Assembly: GCF_009914755.1 (NCBI RefSeq)
Contig: NC_060947.1
From: the human T2T-CHM13v2.0 reference genome, Homo sapiens
Reading direction: 5' to 3' (one strand)
Length of the DNA stretch: 64,000 nucleotides
This document shows, piece after piece, positions 1 to 15,180 of this stretch (position 1 is its first letter; each line of letters starts with the position of its first letter). Under the pieces are notes generated by a model. That model worked only from the letters and a program-made list of their open reading frames with translations. It was not told where the DNA came from and searched no databases. The translations under genes were made by a program, and so were the position numbers.

Positions 1-2
1 GT

Positions 3-347
<345 letters not shown>

Positions 348-457
348 ATGGCCTTTGTTTTCTCAGAGAAATAAGAGGAAATGTCTGCTTATCTGTGTGT
401 CCTAATTTTTCATTGACAATCATAGAATATTGGAGTAATCAAAATGTACAAGAGCAG

Positions 458-937
458 TTGTTGTGGGTTCAGTTTCGCCCCTAAAGAGTTATGCTCAAGT
501 TCTAAGTCCCAATACCTGTGAATGTGACTTTATTTGGAAATAGGGTCTTTGCAAAAAAATAAAATAAAAAACGAAAAAGTCAAATTAAGATGAGGTCCCA
601 CAGCATTAGGATTGGTCATACACCACTAATCTAGTGAGTGGTGGCATTATAAGAAGAGGGATATTGGACACACAGACACACAGGTAAGAGCACCATCAGA
701 TGAAGGAGGAAGTGCTTGGAGTGATGCATCTGCAACCCAAGAAAAGCCACCAATGACTACTGGTAACCTCCAGAAACTTGTAATAGACTCTCCATCAGAG
801 CTCACCAGAAGGAACCAACCTCACTGACAACTTGATTTCAGACTGGTAGCCTGCAGAACTGCCACAGAATAAATTTCTGTTGTCTTAAGCCGCCCAGTTG
901 GGGTAATGTGTTTTGGCCTCCCTAGGAAATTAACACA
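458..937 (+). mobile_element. MaLR solo LTR (MLT1B/C-like)
   Basis: Contains MLT1 hallmarks tgtgactttatttggaaatagggtctttgca and aataaatttctgttgtcttaagcc...aaattaacaca, with TG...CA ends. Confidence 0.8.
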
Positions 938-1632
938 GCTGTGTTACATTTAGAAGCATAGATAACCTCAGATTGTGGAAAATCATACTTCCTGGGGGTA
1001 ATACAGTAGGATTATTGGGTAGTATTGAGTGGTCCCTGTGAAATGTGTGTCCCTATTTTGGTATGGGTCTATATAGCTGCATTTGGTGTTATAATTTATG
1101 CAGCAGAGTTCTGTTACTTGGGTGCAGGTGGAGAATAGTTGGATAGCTGGGCCTTACTAGACTCCAGTTTTGCCAGCGGAGAATGACAAAGTGAATGAAG
1201 TTTGACAGGTGATGGTGTTTGCAAAGGAGATGAAACAGAGGAGGGAGGGTTGGGGATGAGAAATGAAACTTGAGGGGAAGCCTGAGGTTTGACTGTGAGG
1301 ACGAGAGGAGTCGGGGAGCAGAGAGGCCGGGGTGTCTTATGGGTCATCCACTAGGAGAGTGACACAAGTAGTGGTATAGAGAGACACAAGACCTTGGTGC
1401 ACAAGACCTCAGTGAAAGCAAATACAGGGGAAATACCATGACATTGGTATGGACGGTTGTAAAGACACCAATTGTGAAGTGGTATGTGCTATGAACTAGG
1501 CTATTCAAATGAGAAACATGAAAAGTGATTTAAAACTCAATGGATTGAATCTTCATCAGAAACCTTTGAACAGGAAATTCCACTCCTAAGAGTTTATGCT
1601 GGAAACATAAATGAAGCAGGAGAATTTATTTC

Positions 1633-1655
1633 TCTGTGTGTGTGTGTGTGTGTGT
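1633..1655. repeat. (TG)n microsatellite
   Basis: Read directly from the sequence. Confidence 0.9.
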
Positions 1656-2833
1656 AAGATAATAAATATACATGTTAAAATGTACATACATGCATATACA
1701 CACACACATACATACATGCGTATTATGTGTCTTCATTATCAACCTATAATCAGTTGTATTCCATGTAAGCCACCTCCTCTTTTTAAGAAACATCATGAGA
1801 TGTTTCAGGTCTGTACATATGAAGATGTACATATAGCCTACTTGGCCAGCCCCACTGACCCTGATACCCTGCACAGTTTGCACAGATAGGCCACAATGAC
1901 CACTGCTCAGTCATAGTGTGACCTCCTGAAACATGTGTCTGCCTGCTTTAAGCCCACCAATTAAAACTCCCCACGGGAAACCCGTTTGGATAACCCCTGG
2001 GATGCGCATAAGGTTGTTGGCCCACGGGTCCCTTTCTCTCTCCCTGCCTGGGCTCCCTGCCACACATGTGTGCCCTCCAGGTGTGCCAGGTACCCTCCAG
2101 GATCGGCAAGTGATAAAATGCCTATTTCCATCTGTGTCTCTTCTAATCATTGGAGGGGTGCTCTTTACCTTAAATATCCTATATTAAAACAGGTATTCAG
2201 TCCCACAGGGGAAGAAATCTCTCCAGGGGATTCAGGCTGGGATGCAAGCAACCATAGCAGGCAGTAAGGGGCAGTGCATGAGGGTGTTTGTGCAGCATAT
2301 CAAGACATGTTATGTAGATCACGACAAGCCACAAGAGGAGGTTCTTGCCAATGCACAGTGGTGTTCTAGAGAGAGACCATGCTCCCTTCTTCTTTTCATT
2401 AACTTCACTTGGATTGATGCCAGAAAGTAAACATCTGTACTTCTCCGTAGTCCAGAAAAGACTGGTCTTGGAACTTGAGTTTGGGGGTGAGCACAGAATC
2501 GTTGGGAACATCTCACCATGATGGCATGTCACCAATTGCCACCCACAACTGTATATTCCCGAATCTGGGCAAAGCGACACATTTTCAGACAACCCCATCA
2601 AGTGGATCTTGTGCAAATGGGACCTGAAGGCACAAGCAGGAATGACGAGTAATTTGCTCACACCTCTCCCCTTCTCATGCTTTATTCAAAACTATGTCTT
2701 CACAGGGAGTTATACCTGATCTTTAGTACTTTTGATACACAGAAGCTGAAAGAATAGTTGGCGCCAAGTAAGGACCAGATTCTGTGTTGGAGTTATTTGA
2801 ATAGGCAAGACTCTCAAAACGTGTCCAGAGAAT

Positions 2834-2835
<2 letters not shown>

Positions 2836-2883
<48 letters not shown>
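2836..2883. repeat. (CA)n microsatellite
   Basis: Read directly; about 24 units. Confidence 0.95.
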
Positions 2884-2886
<3 letters not shown>

Positions 2887-4311
2887 TAATTTTGGTAATC
2901 TCCCCTATGTTCCTATGCATTGGCATTTGCCCTCTCAGCCCATTGTGCTTACTATGATATCCCAAAATAAGGAAGACTGACTGCCATCCTAGCTGGCCTC
3001 CTAATGTTGTGGATTTGGGTCGGTGTTCTGAGCTCCCCTCACCTCCTCTTATTTGTATGCAGAACTGCTGTACTGCTTCTGATCCACTTGGCCAAGAACA
3101 GCAGTGGGCTGTGTCTAGTGAATTGCTATGACTTTCTCAGTCTCCCCATCAGTCAGACACAGCCTGTCCTACAGAATTCTGGAAAGGTCTCTTGTAGACT
3201 CCATTCTAGTATCAACTTGGGGACTACAAGTTTTTCTGTTAGAGTGTTGAGCCAACACACGTGGAGTGCACTTTATGCCAGAAGTGAGACATCTTGACCT
3301 CTCCTCCGTAGCCCAGAAAACGCTGCTCTGGGAACTTGTACTTAGACATGAGCATGGAATCTGTCATGATTACAGATGTGTGCCCCTTCCCTCAACGTTT
3401 TCAGATTTTACACCCAACGGGGAGAATTCTCCTATCAGGGAACATTAATAAAGTGCCATTTACGGCTTCTACATTCAGGCATACCTCATCTTACTGCACT
3501 TCTCTTCATTGCACTTTGCAACTACTGTGTTTCTTCGAAACTGAAGGTTTGTGGAAACCCTATGTCGAGCAAGTCTATTGGTGCCATTTATCCAACAGCG
3601 TGTGCTCACTTTGTGTTCCTGTGTCACATTTCGGTAACTCTTATTTCCAACTTTTTCATTCCTGTGATATCTGTTATGGTAATCTGTGATCAGTGATCTT
3701 TGATGTTACTATTGTCATTCTGTTGGGGCACCAAGAACCACACCCATATCAGACAGCAGCGAACTAAACGAATGTTGTGTGTGTTCTGATGACTCCACCG
3801 ACAAGCTGTTCCCCATCTCTCTCCTTCTCCTCAGGATATCTTATTCCCTGAGGCGCAACAATATGGAAATTAGGCCAAGCAATAACCCCAAAATAGCCTC
3901 TAAGTGTTCAAGTGACAGGAAGACTCACAAGTCTCTCACTTTAAATCAAAAACTAGAAATGATTAAGCTTCCTGAAGAAGGCATGTCAAAAGCCAAGACG
4001 GGCTGAAAGTTAGGTCCCTTGCACCAGTCACCCAAGTTGTGAACGCAAAGGGGAAAAGTTCTTGAGGGAAATCAAAAGTGCTACTGCAGTGAGCACACCA
4101 ATGATAAGAAAGCGAGAAACAGTCTGATAGCGGTGTGAAGAGTTTTAGTGGTCCGGATAGAAGGTCAATCCAGCCACAACATTCCCTTGAGCCAAAGCCT
4201 AATCCAGAACAAGGCCTAGCTCTCTTCAGTTCTATGAAGGCTGCAAGAGGTAATGAAACTGCAGAAGTAAGCTAGCAGATTAAACCGTTTCCATAACATA
4301 AAAGTGCAATA

Positions 4312-4640
4312 GGCACCAAGGCAGGGTGGCTCATGCCTGTAACCCCAACAGCTTGGGAGGCCGAGTTGGGAACATTGCATGAGGCAGGGAGTTTGAGACC
4401 AGCCTGGGCAACGTAGTGAGACCCTGCCTCTACAAAAAAAAAAAAAAAAAAAAAAAAAAATTAAAATGAGCCAAGGGTGGTGGCACACACCTGTAGTCTC
4501 AGCTACTCAGGAGGCTATGGTGGGTGGGGGATCACTTGAGCCCAGGAGTTCGAGGCTGCAGTGAGCTGTGATCATGCCACTTTACTCTGGCCTGGGTAAA
4601 AGAGCAAGATGCTGCCTCTAAAAACTTGAAAAGAAAATAT
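4312..4640 (+). mobile_element. AluJ SINE inside Tigger1
   Basis: AluJ-type right arm (gatcacttgagcccaggagttcgaggctgcagtgagctgtgat) and an expanded central A run. TSD aaagtgcaa at 4301-4309 and 4645-4653. Confidence 0.9.
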
Positions 4641-4694
4641 TTTCAAAGTGCAAGATGAAGCATCAAATGCAGAAGTTGAGGCTGCAGCACGTTA

Positions 4695-6556
<1,862 letters not shown>

Positions 6557-9017
6557 GATGATGAGGGTGGCTACGCTGAACAACAGATTTTCAGTCTGAA
6601 TTAGACTGTCTTCTATTGGAAGATGTTACGTAGGATTTTCATAGCTAGGGAGGGGAAGCCAATCCCTGCCTTCAAACCTTCAAAGGACAGGCTGACTCTC
6701 ATGTTAAGGGCTAATTCACCTAAACATATTCAGTTGAAACCAATGCTCGTTTATCATTCCAAATATGCTAGGGCCCTGAAGCACTATGCCAAATCAGCTC
6801 CACCCATGCTCTATAAATGGAACAACAAAGCCTGGATGACAGCACACCTGCTTACAACATGGTTTGCTGAATATTTTAAGCCCACTGTTGAGACCTACTG
6901 CTCAGGAAGAAAAAGAAAAGAGAGATTCCTCTCAAAATATTATTGCTCATTGACAATGCAATGGTCACCCAGGAGCCCTGATGGAAATGTACAAGAAGAT
7001 GAATGTTGTTTCCATGCCTGCTAACACAACATCCATTCTGCAGCCCATAGATCAAGCAGTAATTTTGACTGACTGCCAAGTCTTATTTAAGAAATACATT
7101 TGATAAGGCTACAGCTGCCATAGGGAGCTGGACAAAGTAAATGGAAAACCTCCCCTGATGGAGCTGGACAAAGTAAACAGAAAGCCTTCTGGAAATGATT
7201 CACCATTCTAGATTCCATTAGGAACATTCATGAGTCGCAGGAGGAGGTCAAAATATGAATGTCAACAAGAGTGTGGAAGATGTTGATTACAAACCTCTGG
7301 CTGACACTGATGGTTAAAGACTTGATTGGAAGAAGTTACTGCAGATGTATTGGAAATAAAAAGAGAATTGGAATTGGAAGTGGAGCCTGAAGATGTGAGT
7401 GAATTGATAAAACTCGAATGGATGAGTTGCTTCTTACGGATGAGTGAAGAAAGTGTTCTCTTCAGATGGAATCGACTCCCAGTGCAGAAGATGTGAACGT
7501 TGTTAAAATGACAACATAGGATTTAAAATATTACATTAATGCAGTTGACAAAGCAGGTGTGTGTGTGTGTGTGTGTGTGGGTGGGGGGGATTGTTGAGAG
7601 GATTGGGTGCAATATTAAAGCAAGTTTTACTCTGGGTAAAATGCTATCAAACAGCATTGCATGCCACAGAGAAATCTTTCATGAAAGGAAGAGTCAATGA
7701 ATGTGACCAACTTCATCATTGTCTTCTCTTAAGGAATTTCCAAAGCCACTCCACCCTCCGGCAACCACCACGCTGGTCAGCCAGCAGCCATCAACATCAA
7801 GACCAGACCCTCCACCAGCAAGAAGATGATGACTTGCTGGGGGCTCTGACCATCGTTAGTCTTTTTTAGCAATCAAGTATTTTTTAATTAAAGTGTGTAT
7901 ATTGTTTTGTAGACATAATGCTATCGCTCACTAAATATATTTCTTTATACGGTAAATGAAACTTTCATATGCACTGGTAAATCAAAATATTTGTGTGGCT
8001 CACTTTATTGCAGTGGTGAAGACCCAAAAATGCAATAGGTCAGAGGTATGCCCGTAATTGCTTTTCCTTGATTCTTAAAATCGCATGTAATATTTTGCAA
8101 TGGCCGTGTAACAACATGGAAACATTAGCCCATAGTTTTCTGAGTCTCAACACATTACAGCAGTCCTACAGCAGTGGGGAAATTCACCTGGAGGACTCTG
8201 AGTCAAAGCATGGTCCCATGACATTAGCTCTTCATGGTTTTGACAGGGTTTACCTTAAGGGATGCTGTGAGTTTGGGTGTGTCTTTGTCTTTCAGTTGTC
8301 TCCATTGTGTGTTATACGTGCATTTCTACTTAAAGAACTAATTTTTGAGTTTTACTTACTGGACATGTCAAAATGTCCATGTATTGTATTTGTATCCTTC
8401 AGGTAAAAGCAGGGGTCTCACGCTGATTGGTCCATCCAGCTGGTGTCATTTCTCTGAGAACTGCCCACTGCATACACACCCTTGTGTTTGCTATTGACTG
8501 AGTCCCCTGGCCGTAGTTACTTGGTTTCATACTTTTCACCTCAACCTAGCGGAGTCGATCATGGTTTTGTCCTGCCAATTTTGGAGCTCTGGACTAGACT
8601 ATATGACTGAGTATTTTCCTGCTCAGTCTGATGATACCATTTCTTTACAGAAAATGTGATTTAGAAGATCCACTGTTGAGTTCTCCTGAGCTACCTGCGT
8701 TCTTGTTTTTATCAAGCTTATCAGTTGCTTCTATTTCTCAGATTTTGTAGAATAGTTATGGTCTTCTGATAAAAATTTGTTGTAGAGTTCCCACTCATGG
8801 ATTGCTGTCAGTAGCCAACAGCACAAGTGTGATCAAGGAAACTTGTGGAGCTGCCACATGCATCCTCACATGTACCAGCACAGAGCTCTGACCTTTATAA
8901 TCTTGTGCACGGAGGTGAGGAGATTGGTGGCAGTGGTGTAGAGGTTTCCAGATCAGGAGGGATGATCTCCCGGTTCTTGAGGTAAGAAATATGGCAGTTA
9001 ATTGATACCTCCCTATG

Positions 9018-10265
9018 CTGGCTACCCATATGCTGAAGAGTGAAACTGGACCCCTCCATTTCACCATACACAAAAACCAACTCAAGATGGATTAAAGATT
9101 TACATGTAAACAGATAATTATAAAAAAAAAAAAAAAATCCTAGAAGACAACCTAAGAAATGCCATTCTAGACATAGGCCCTGGCAAAGATTTCATGATGA
9201 AAACACCAAAGACAATTATGACAAAAACAAAAATTGAGAAATGGGACCTAATTGAACCAAAGAGCTTCTGCACAGCAAAACAAGCTATCAACAAAGTAAA
9301 CTGACGACCTCTATAATGGGAGTAAAATTTGCAAATTCTGCATCTGAAAAAGGTCTAATATCCAAATTCCATAAGCAGCTTAAAGAAATTAACAAGCATA
9401 AAACAAACAGCCCCATTAAAAATGAGCAAAGGACACGAACAGACACTTCTCAAAAGAAGATATACGCGTGCCACAAGAAGCATATGAAAAAATGCTCAAC
9501 ATCACTAATCATCAGATAAATGCAAATTAAAACCTCAGTGTGAGACCATGTCACACCAGTCAGTCAGAATGGCTATCATTAAAAAGTCAGAAAATAACAG
9601 AAGCTGGCATGACTGTGGAGAAGAGGGAATGCTCATACACTGCTGGTGGGAATGTAAATTAGTTCAGCCACTGTGGAAAGCAGTTTGGAGATTTCTCAAA
9701 GAACTTACACAGAACTACCATTCGACCCACCAATCCCATTACTGGGTATATACCTAACTAATTATATAAATCATCGTACCGTACAGACAGATGCACACAT
9801 ATGTTCACTGCAGCACTATTCACAATAGCAAATACATGGAATCGACGTAAGTGGCCGTCAATGGTAGACTGAATAAAGAATATCTGGTGTATCTATACCA
9901 TGGAATACTATACAGTCATCAAAAAGAATGAGATTGTGTCCTTTGCAGCAACAGGGTGGGGCTGGAGGGCATTATCCTAAATGAATAAATGCAGGAACAG
10001 GAAACCTAGTACTACGTGTTCTCACTTACAAGTGTGAGCCAAACCTTGAGTATACATGGAAACAAACAATAGACAAATAGACACCTGGGCCTATGTGACG
10101 GTGGAGGGTGAGAGGAGGACGAGGATAGAAAAACTACCTGATGCGTACTATGTTTATTTTCTGTGTGATGAACTAATTTGTATACGAAGCCCCCATGACA
10201 TGCAATTTTCCATATAACAAACTTGTGCATGTACCCCCTGAACCTAAAATAAAAGTTGGAAAGAA
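9018..10265 (+). mobile_element. Older L1 3' end (L1PA15/16- or L1PB-like)
   Basis: ORF2 C-terminal remnants (ORFs 9316-9519 and 9548-9757) and a 3'UTR ending cctgaacctaaaataaaagtt. Confidence 0.85.
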
Positions 10266-10274
10266 TTTTTAAAA

Positions 10275-11100
10275 GGTGGCTCTTTGACAAGATCAAAACA
10301 ATTTTGAACCTCTAGCTAGGCTAAGTAAAAAAAAAAAGAGAGAGAGAGAGAACACAAATACTGATATCAGAAGTGAAACAGGGGCCACCACCAATGATCC
10401 CAGGTACATTAAATGAATAATAAACAACTTAACTCCCACAGATTCCATAACCTAGATGAAATAAAACAATTCTGAAAAGGCACAATCTATCAAAACACAC
10501 AGAAGAAGAAGCAGATACTTTGAATAGGCCTATGACTATTAAGGAAATTGAATCAATAATTAATACCTTCCAAAACGGAAATCAGGAAACCCGGCTGGGT
10601 TTACTGGGAAATTCTACCAAACATTTAAGTTTTAAACTATACGAATTGTCTACAATCTCTTCAAAAGTTTGAATCAAAGAGAATTCTTCCTAACTCATTC
10701 CTTGAGGCCGGTATTACCCTAATACCAAAATCAGACAAAGATGTTATAAGGAAGGAAAACTATAGGCTAATATCTCTCACGAACACCAATGTAAATATTC
10801 CCAATAATACATTATCAAATTAAATCCAATAAGGTGTACAAAGAAATATACGCCATGACCAAGTGCGATTGATTACATTTGTCAAAGCCCATAGACTATG
10901 CAACACAATGAGTGAGCCCCATATAAATTACCAGCTTTGGTTAATAATAATGTATCAATACTGGCTCTTCGGTGGTAACAAATGTCCCACACTAGTGCAA
11001 GATGTGAATCATAGAGGAGACGGTGGTGGTGGGCATATGTGAACTGTCAGTACTTTCCACTCAATTTTTCTTTAAAACAAATATAGTCTATTAGTCTAAA
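10275..11100 (+). mobile_element. Ancient L1M fragments (ORF2 piece joined to an L1MC/MD-type 3' end)
   Basis: Degenerate ORF2 RT-proximal sequence (gggtttactgggaaattctaccaaacatttaag) and L1MC-like 3' motifs (ggtaacaaatgtcccacactagtgcaagatgt). Confidence 0.65.
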
Positions 11101-11704
11101 AATCTTGAGTATGTAGATTAAGGGAACAATTGAGAAATAATCTAGCACTGCTATTACAATCTAACAAGTCTATGTGTGTCAGGTGATGAACAGATTTGTC
11201 TAACAATGTGTCCATAATGTCCTGGGTCCCATCACGCTCTTACTCGGTAGATGCTGTGGGATCCCTGCTGCTACCCACACACTTGTCTAACTGCATTCTT
11301 TAACTCAGAGCAGTAGAGCCTCACATTTTTATTTTGGGGACGTGGGATACAGGTGGGCTTTCTATGCCTTGGAAAATCTGAGGCTAACGTGGACCTGTTC
11401 CTTCCTAAAACCTCCTGAACCACAACCCGTCTGGTACAATTCAGAGACCCCCAGAAGTGCAGTCACGGAGCCCCAGTGAGGGATCCCTATCACCTCCTTC
11501 TGTGTGAAGCCAGTCCCTCCACCATGTCTCTAAATGGCCACAGATACATGTCAAGTCTTGTCCTGATCTGTCAACCACCCCCTCCCTCTAGGGTCTTTAC
11601 CTCTCCCTGGGGAGTGTTTCCTGAATGAAGGGAGGAAGAAGGAAACAGAAGGATGGGTGTCTGCACTCAGCAGGTAACTGGCCTCAGGCTACTGAGTCAA
11701 ACAC

Positions 11705-11945
11705 TGTGCTTATGGGCACCGATGACAGAGCCAGGCTGCTTGGACCCAAATCCCAATTCTCCCAGGCTTGGGGCCTTTAGGCAAGTTGTTCAACTTCCTT
11801 AGACATTCAGTTCCTCATCTACAAAAAAAGCTATGATAATAATCCCTGCCTTGCAGAGCTTTGAGGATTAAGTTAGTTGTCACACATAATGGGCACAAGA
11901 CTGTGTCCAGCATAGATTACATACTCTCTAAGTCTCTGCAATTAC
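11705..11945 (+). mobile_element. MIR SINE
   Basis: MIR core-like ggcaagttgttcaacttcc...cagttcctcatctacaaaa...gataataatccctgccttgcag. Confidence 0.7.
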
Positions 11946-12509
11946 AAGTACCATAAAGAAGGAGCCTGCATTCATCTTCCTTCCCCTCTCTTGTGTTTTT
12001 CATGCTGAGACATGATGAAAAGACAGGCCACGCACACTATGCTCCTTTCATGACCTATTACCACCCCAATTCATTCCCATGACTCTCAGCATTCCTCTAC
12101 GTTCAGTGAACCCTTCCAGCCCGCTGCACTGGGGACTACTGTCCTCCACCCTGTAGACCTCTCTTGATGCCCCAGCACTGCTTCCACCTGGTTCTTAAGA
12201 CCCTCACTTTCCCCCTCCCTCTGTGTGTTCATCTTTTGCAGTGATCATGCCTGTTTTCTCTACAGGAGAGGAAAGACAAACAGATTACAGTCACAGTGCC
12301 AAGGAATTACAGAAGACCCATCCTAACTGGTCACCCTGCTTCATGTTTTGGCTCCTTCCAGCCTGTTCATAACCACACGGCCCGAGGGATCACTGGAAAG
12401 CTCCAAACCTTTCAGGGATTTCAAATGTCACGTACAGTAACGTCCGAAACACTTTCAGGGCCCTACAAGGCCCCACAGAGACCAAAACTTTATTACCTCT
12501 CATGACATT

Positions 12510-14050
12510 CTCTCTATATTTTGCATATTTAATATCATGTCATTTTTTAATAGAGATGGCTTTTAACTTTCCGCTTCAAAAACTCCTTCTTTGTTTTCTT
12601 TTTTTTCTATATTGATTTGGCTCAAATGTCCAGTGCAATACTGAATAGACGTGGTAAAGCTGGCATCCTTATCTTGTTCCTGATCTCAGGGGAAAAGCTT
12701 TCAGTCTTACCAAACTCTATCCTCCTACAAGAGACTCACGTCACATGAAAGAAGCACATAGACTGAAAGTGAAGGGATTGAGAAATATATTCTATGAAAA
12801 CAGAAACCAAAAAGAGAGCAAGGGTATCTTTACCCATATCAGATGAAATACCTGTAAGTCAAAAGAGAGCAAAGGAGACAAATAAAGTCACTCTATAATA
12901 ATACGGACATCCATTACTCAAGATGATTTAACAATTGTAAGTATAAGTACAGCCAATACGAGACCACCAACATGCATAAAGGAAATATTAGTAGATCTGA
13001 AGGGAAAGATGAACCACAATACAATAATAGTAGGGGAGTTTAACACCCACTTTCAATAATGGAAAGATCATCCAGACAAAAGGAACATTGAACTTAAACT
13101 ACACCTTAGACCAAATGGACCTAACAGACTTCTACAGAACATTCCATCGGAGAGTAACAGAAATACACGTTTTTCTCCAGTGCACACAGAACGTTCTCCA
13201 GGATAGATTGGTCCTATGTTTGGCCACAAGACACGTCAAAACAATTGATTGTGAGGACTGAAGTCATATCAAGTATGTTTTCTGATCACAATGATATGAA
13301 TCTAGAAACCAATAATTGGGGCAATCAGGAAATTCATAAATATGTGGAAATTGACGCACGAGCCACTGAACAACAAATGGGCCAAAGAGGAACTCAAAAG
13401 TGAGATAAAGAGTACCTTGACACAAACAACAATGGTAATACAACATACCAAAACGTATGGGATGAAGTAAAAGCCTTTCCAAGTGAGAAATTCATAGCAG
13501 CAAATGCCTGTATCGAGAGAGCAAAAATATCTTAAATAAAAAAGCTAACATTACACCTCAAGGAACTAGAGAAAGACAAACACACTAAGAACAAATTAGC
13601 ACAAGCGAGAACATAACAAAAATCAGAGCAAAAATAAATGAAAAAGAGACTATAAAAGCAATAGAAAAAATGCAATGAAATCAAGAGTTGGATTTTTTAA
13701 AAGATAAACAAATTCGTCTTTGTTAGCTACACTAACTAAGAAAAACAGAAAGAAGACAACATAAAGAAAACCAGAAATAAAAGAGGAGACATTACAATTG
13801 GTACCACAGAAATACAAAGGATCATAAAAGATTACTATCAAAAATTATATGCCAACGAATTGGAAGACCTAGAAATAATGGGACAATTCCTAGATACGTA
13901 TAAGCTACCAACAGAGAATCAGGAATAAATAGAAACTGGAGGACATTATGTTAAGGGAAATAAGCTTGGCACAGGAAGACACATTTTGACACATTTTGCA
14001 TCTTCTCACTCATCTGTGGGAGCTAAAAATTAAAACAATTGAACTCTGAG
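12510..14050 (+). mobile_element. Rearranged L1M/L1MA fragments
   Basis: A short minus-strand ORF2 piece (12510-12710), then plus-strand endonuclease-domain sequence (12710-13935), then an L1MA-type 3'UTR piece (ctaaaaattaaaacaattgaactc). Confidence 0.75.
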
Positions 14051-14589
14051 AACAATGAGGAGGTTTCTCTGCGGGACTCTTGCTTGTGGGTTCTGGGCTT
14101 GAGAGGCACCTCTGGGTTTGAGCTCTCCGCTGTCTCTGCTACACAGGGACTCTGACAGTCCACAGACGTCGTGTCACCCAGTAGCTGCTCTTCGGGGCTT
14201 GGGGAGCGCGGGGTGATGCCCGGGCCATTCACAGTCTTTTTGTAAACTGCGACCATGAAGTGCATTCCTGTCTAAAGAAACAAAAAATGAATACACGCTC
14301 TCCAGTTTTTTTTTTTTTTTTTCTGCTCTGACATTTTTTCTTCATTTTCTTTGCCAATATCAAACCCGAGAGAAGAGATAGGAATTGCAGATGTCACCCC
14401 GCTCCAAGGAGAACAGAGAGATGGAGAAGAAGAAGAGCCATCTTCGATGCCTAGTGGAAAGGTAGAAGCTCCCAAGCAACATCCTAAACCTCTTTACCGT
14501 GATTAAGGCTGCATTTTTCTTTTCTTTCTTCCCAGGCGTTCAGTGAACACTTGCCCACCTCTCTTGGGGTCAGGTAACTGAATCACGCC

Positions 14590-15180
14590 CTTTGAATCCT
14601 GCAGTTCTCAGTGCAGACAATGTTTTGCTTGAGAGAAGCTACTTTCTAGGCACTTCAACATTCATTCAAGAGAGCTGCCTCACAAGTGCCCTGAATGCGG
14701 GAAAGGATTCCCTCATAGGTCCAACCGTTATCGGCACCAGCCAGTTCACGTGTGGGAGACCCCTGTGAATGCACAGTGCATAACAAGCGAATAATAAGTC
14801 GCACCTCACAGCACCTGTGAAGACGTTGTGATAAGGAAATGTATGAGTGCCTTGAGTGCAGGAAAGGTGTTTCTCCTAGATCAAGTCTGACAGGACACCC
14901 GAATGCTTTCACAGGTGAAAAATCTCAAGGTTGTCACAGTTGTGGGGAAAGCTTTAGTCAGTCGACAGCTCTTTTTTGCACCCGAGAACACACGCTGAGG
15001 GGATACCATTTATATGTGATACTTGCGGGACAAGCTACAGACAGAGATCAAGTCTTGTTATTCGCTTAAGAATCTATACGTGGGAGAAGCCATACAAATG
15101 TAGGCACTGCTCTAAAAGCTTCATAAAGAGAGCAGACCATATGATGCACCAAGCTGCACACTTTAGAGAGTTCTCTAAGC
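14590..15180 (+). pseudogene. Decayed C2H2 zinc-finger exon, ZNF449-like
   Basis: About seven degenerate fingers read across stops and frameshifts: QCRQCFA*...HFNIH, PHKCPECGKGF...[85 protein letters not shown]. Order and C-terminus match my recollection of ZNF449 (...[25 protein letters not shown]). Confidence 0.8.
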
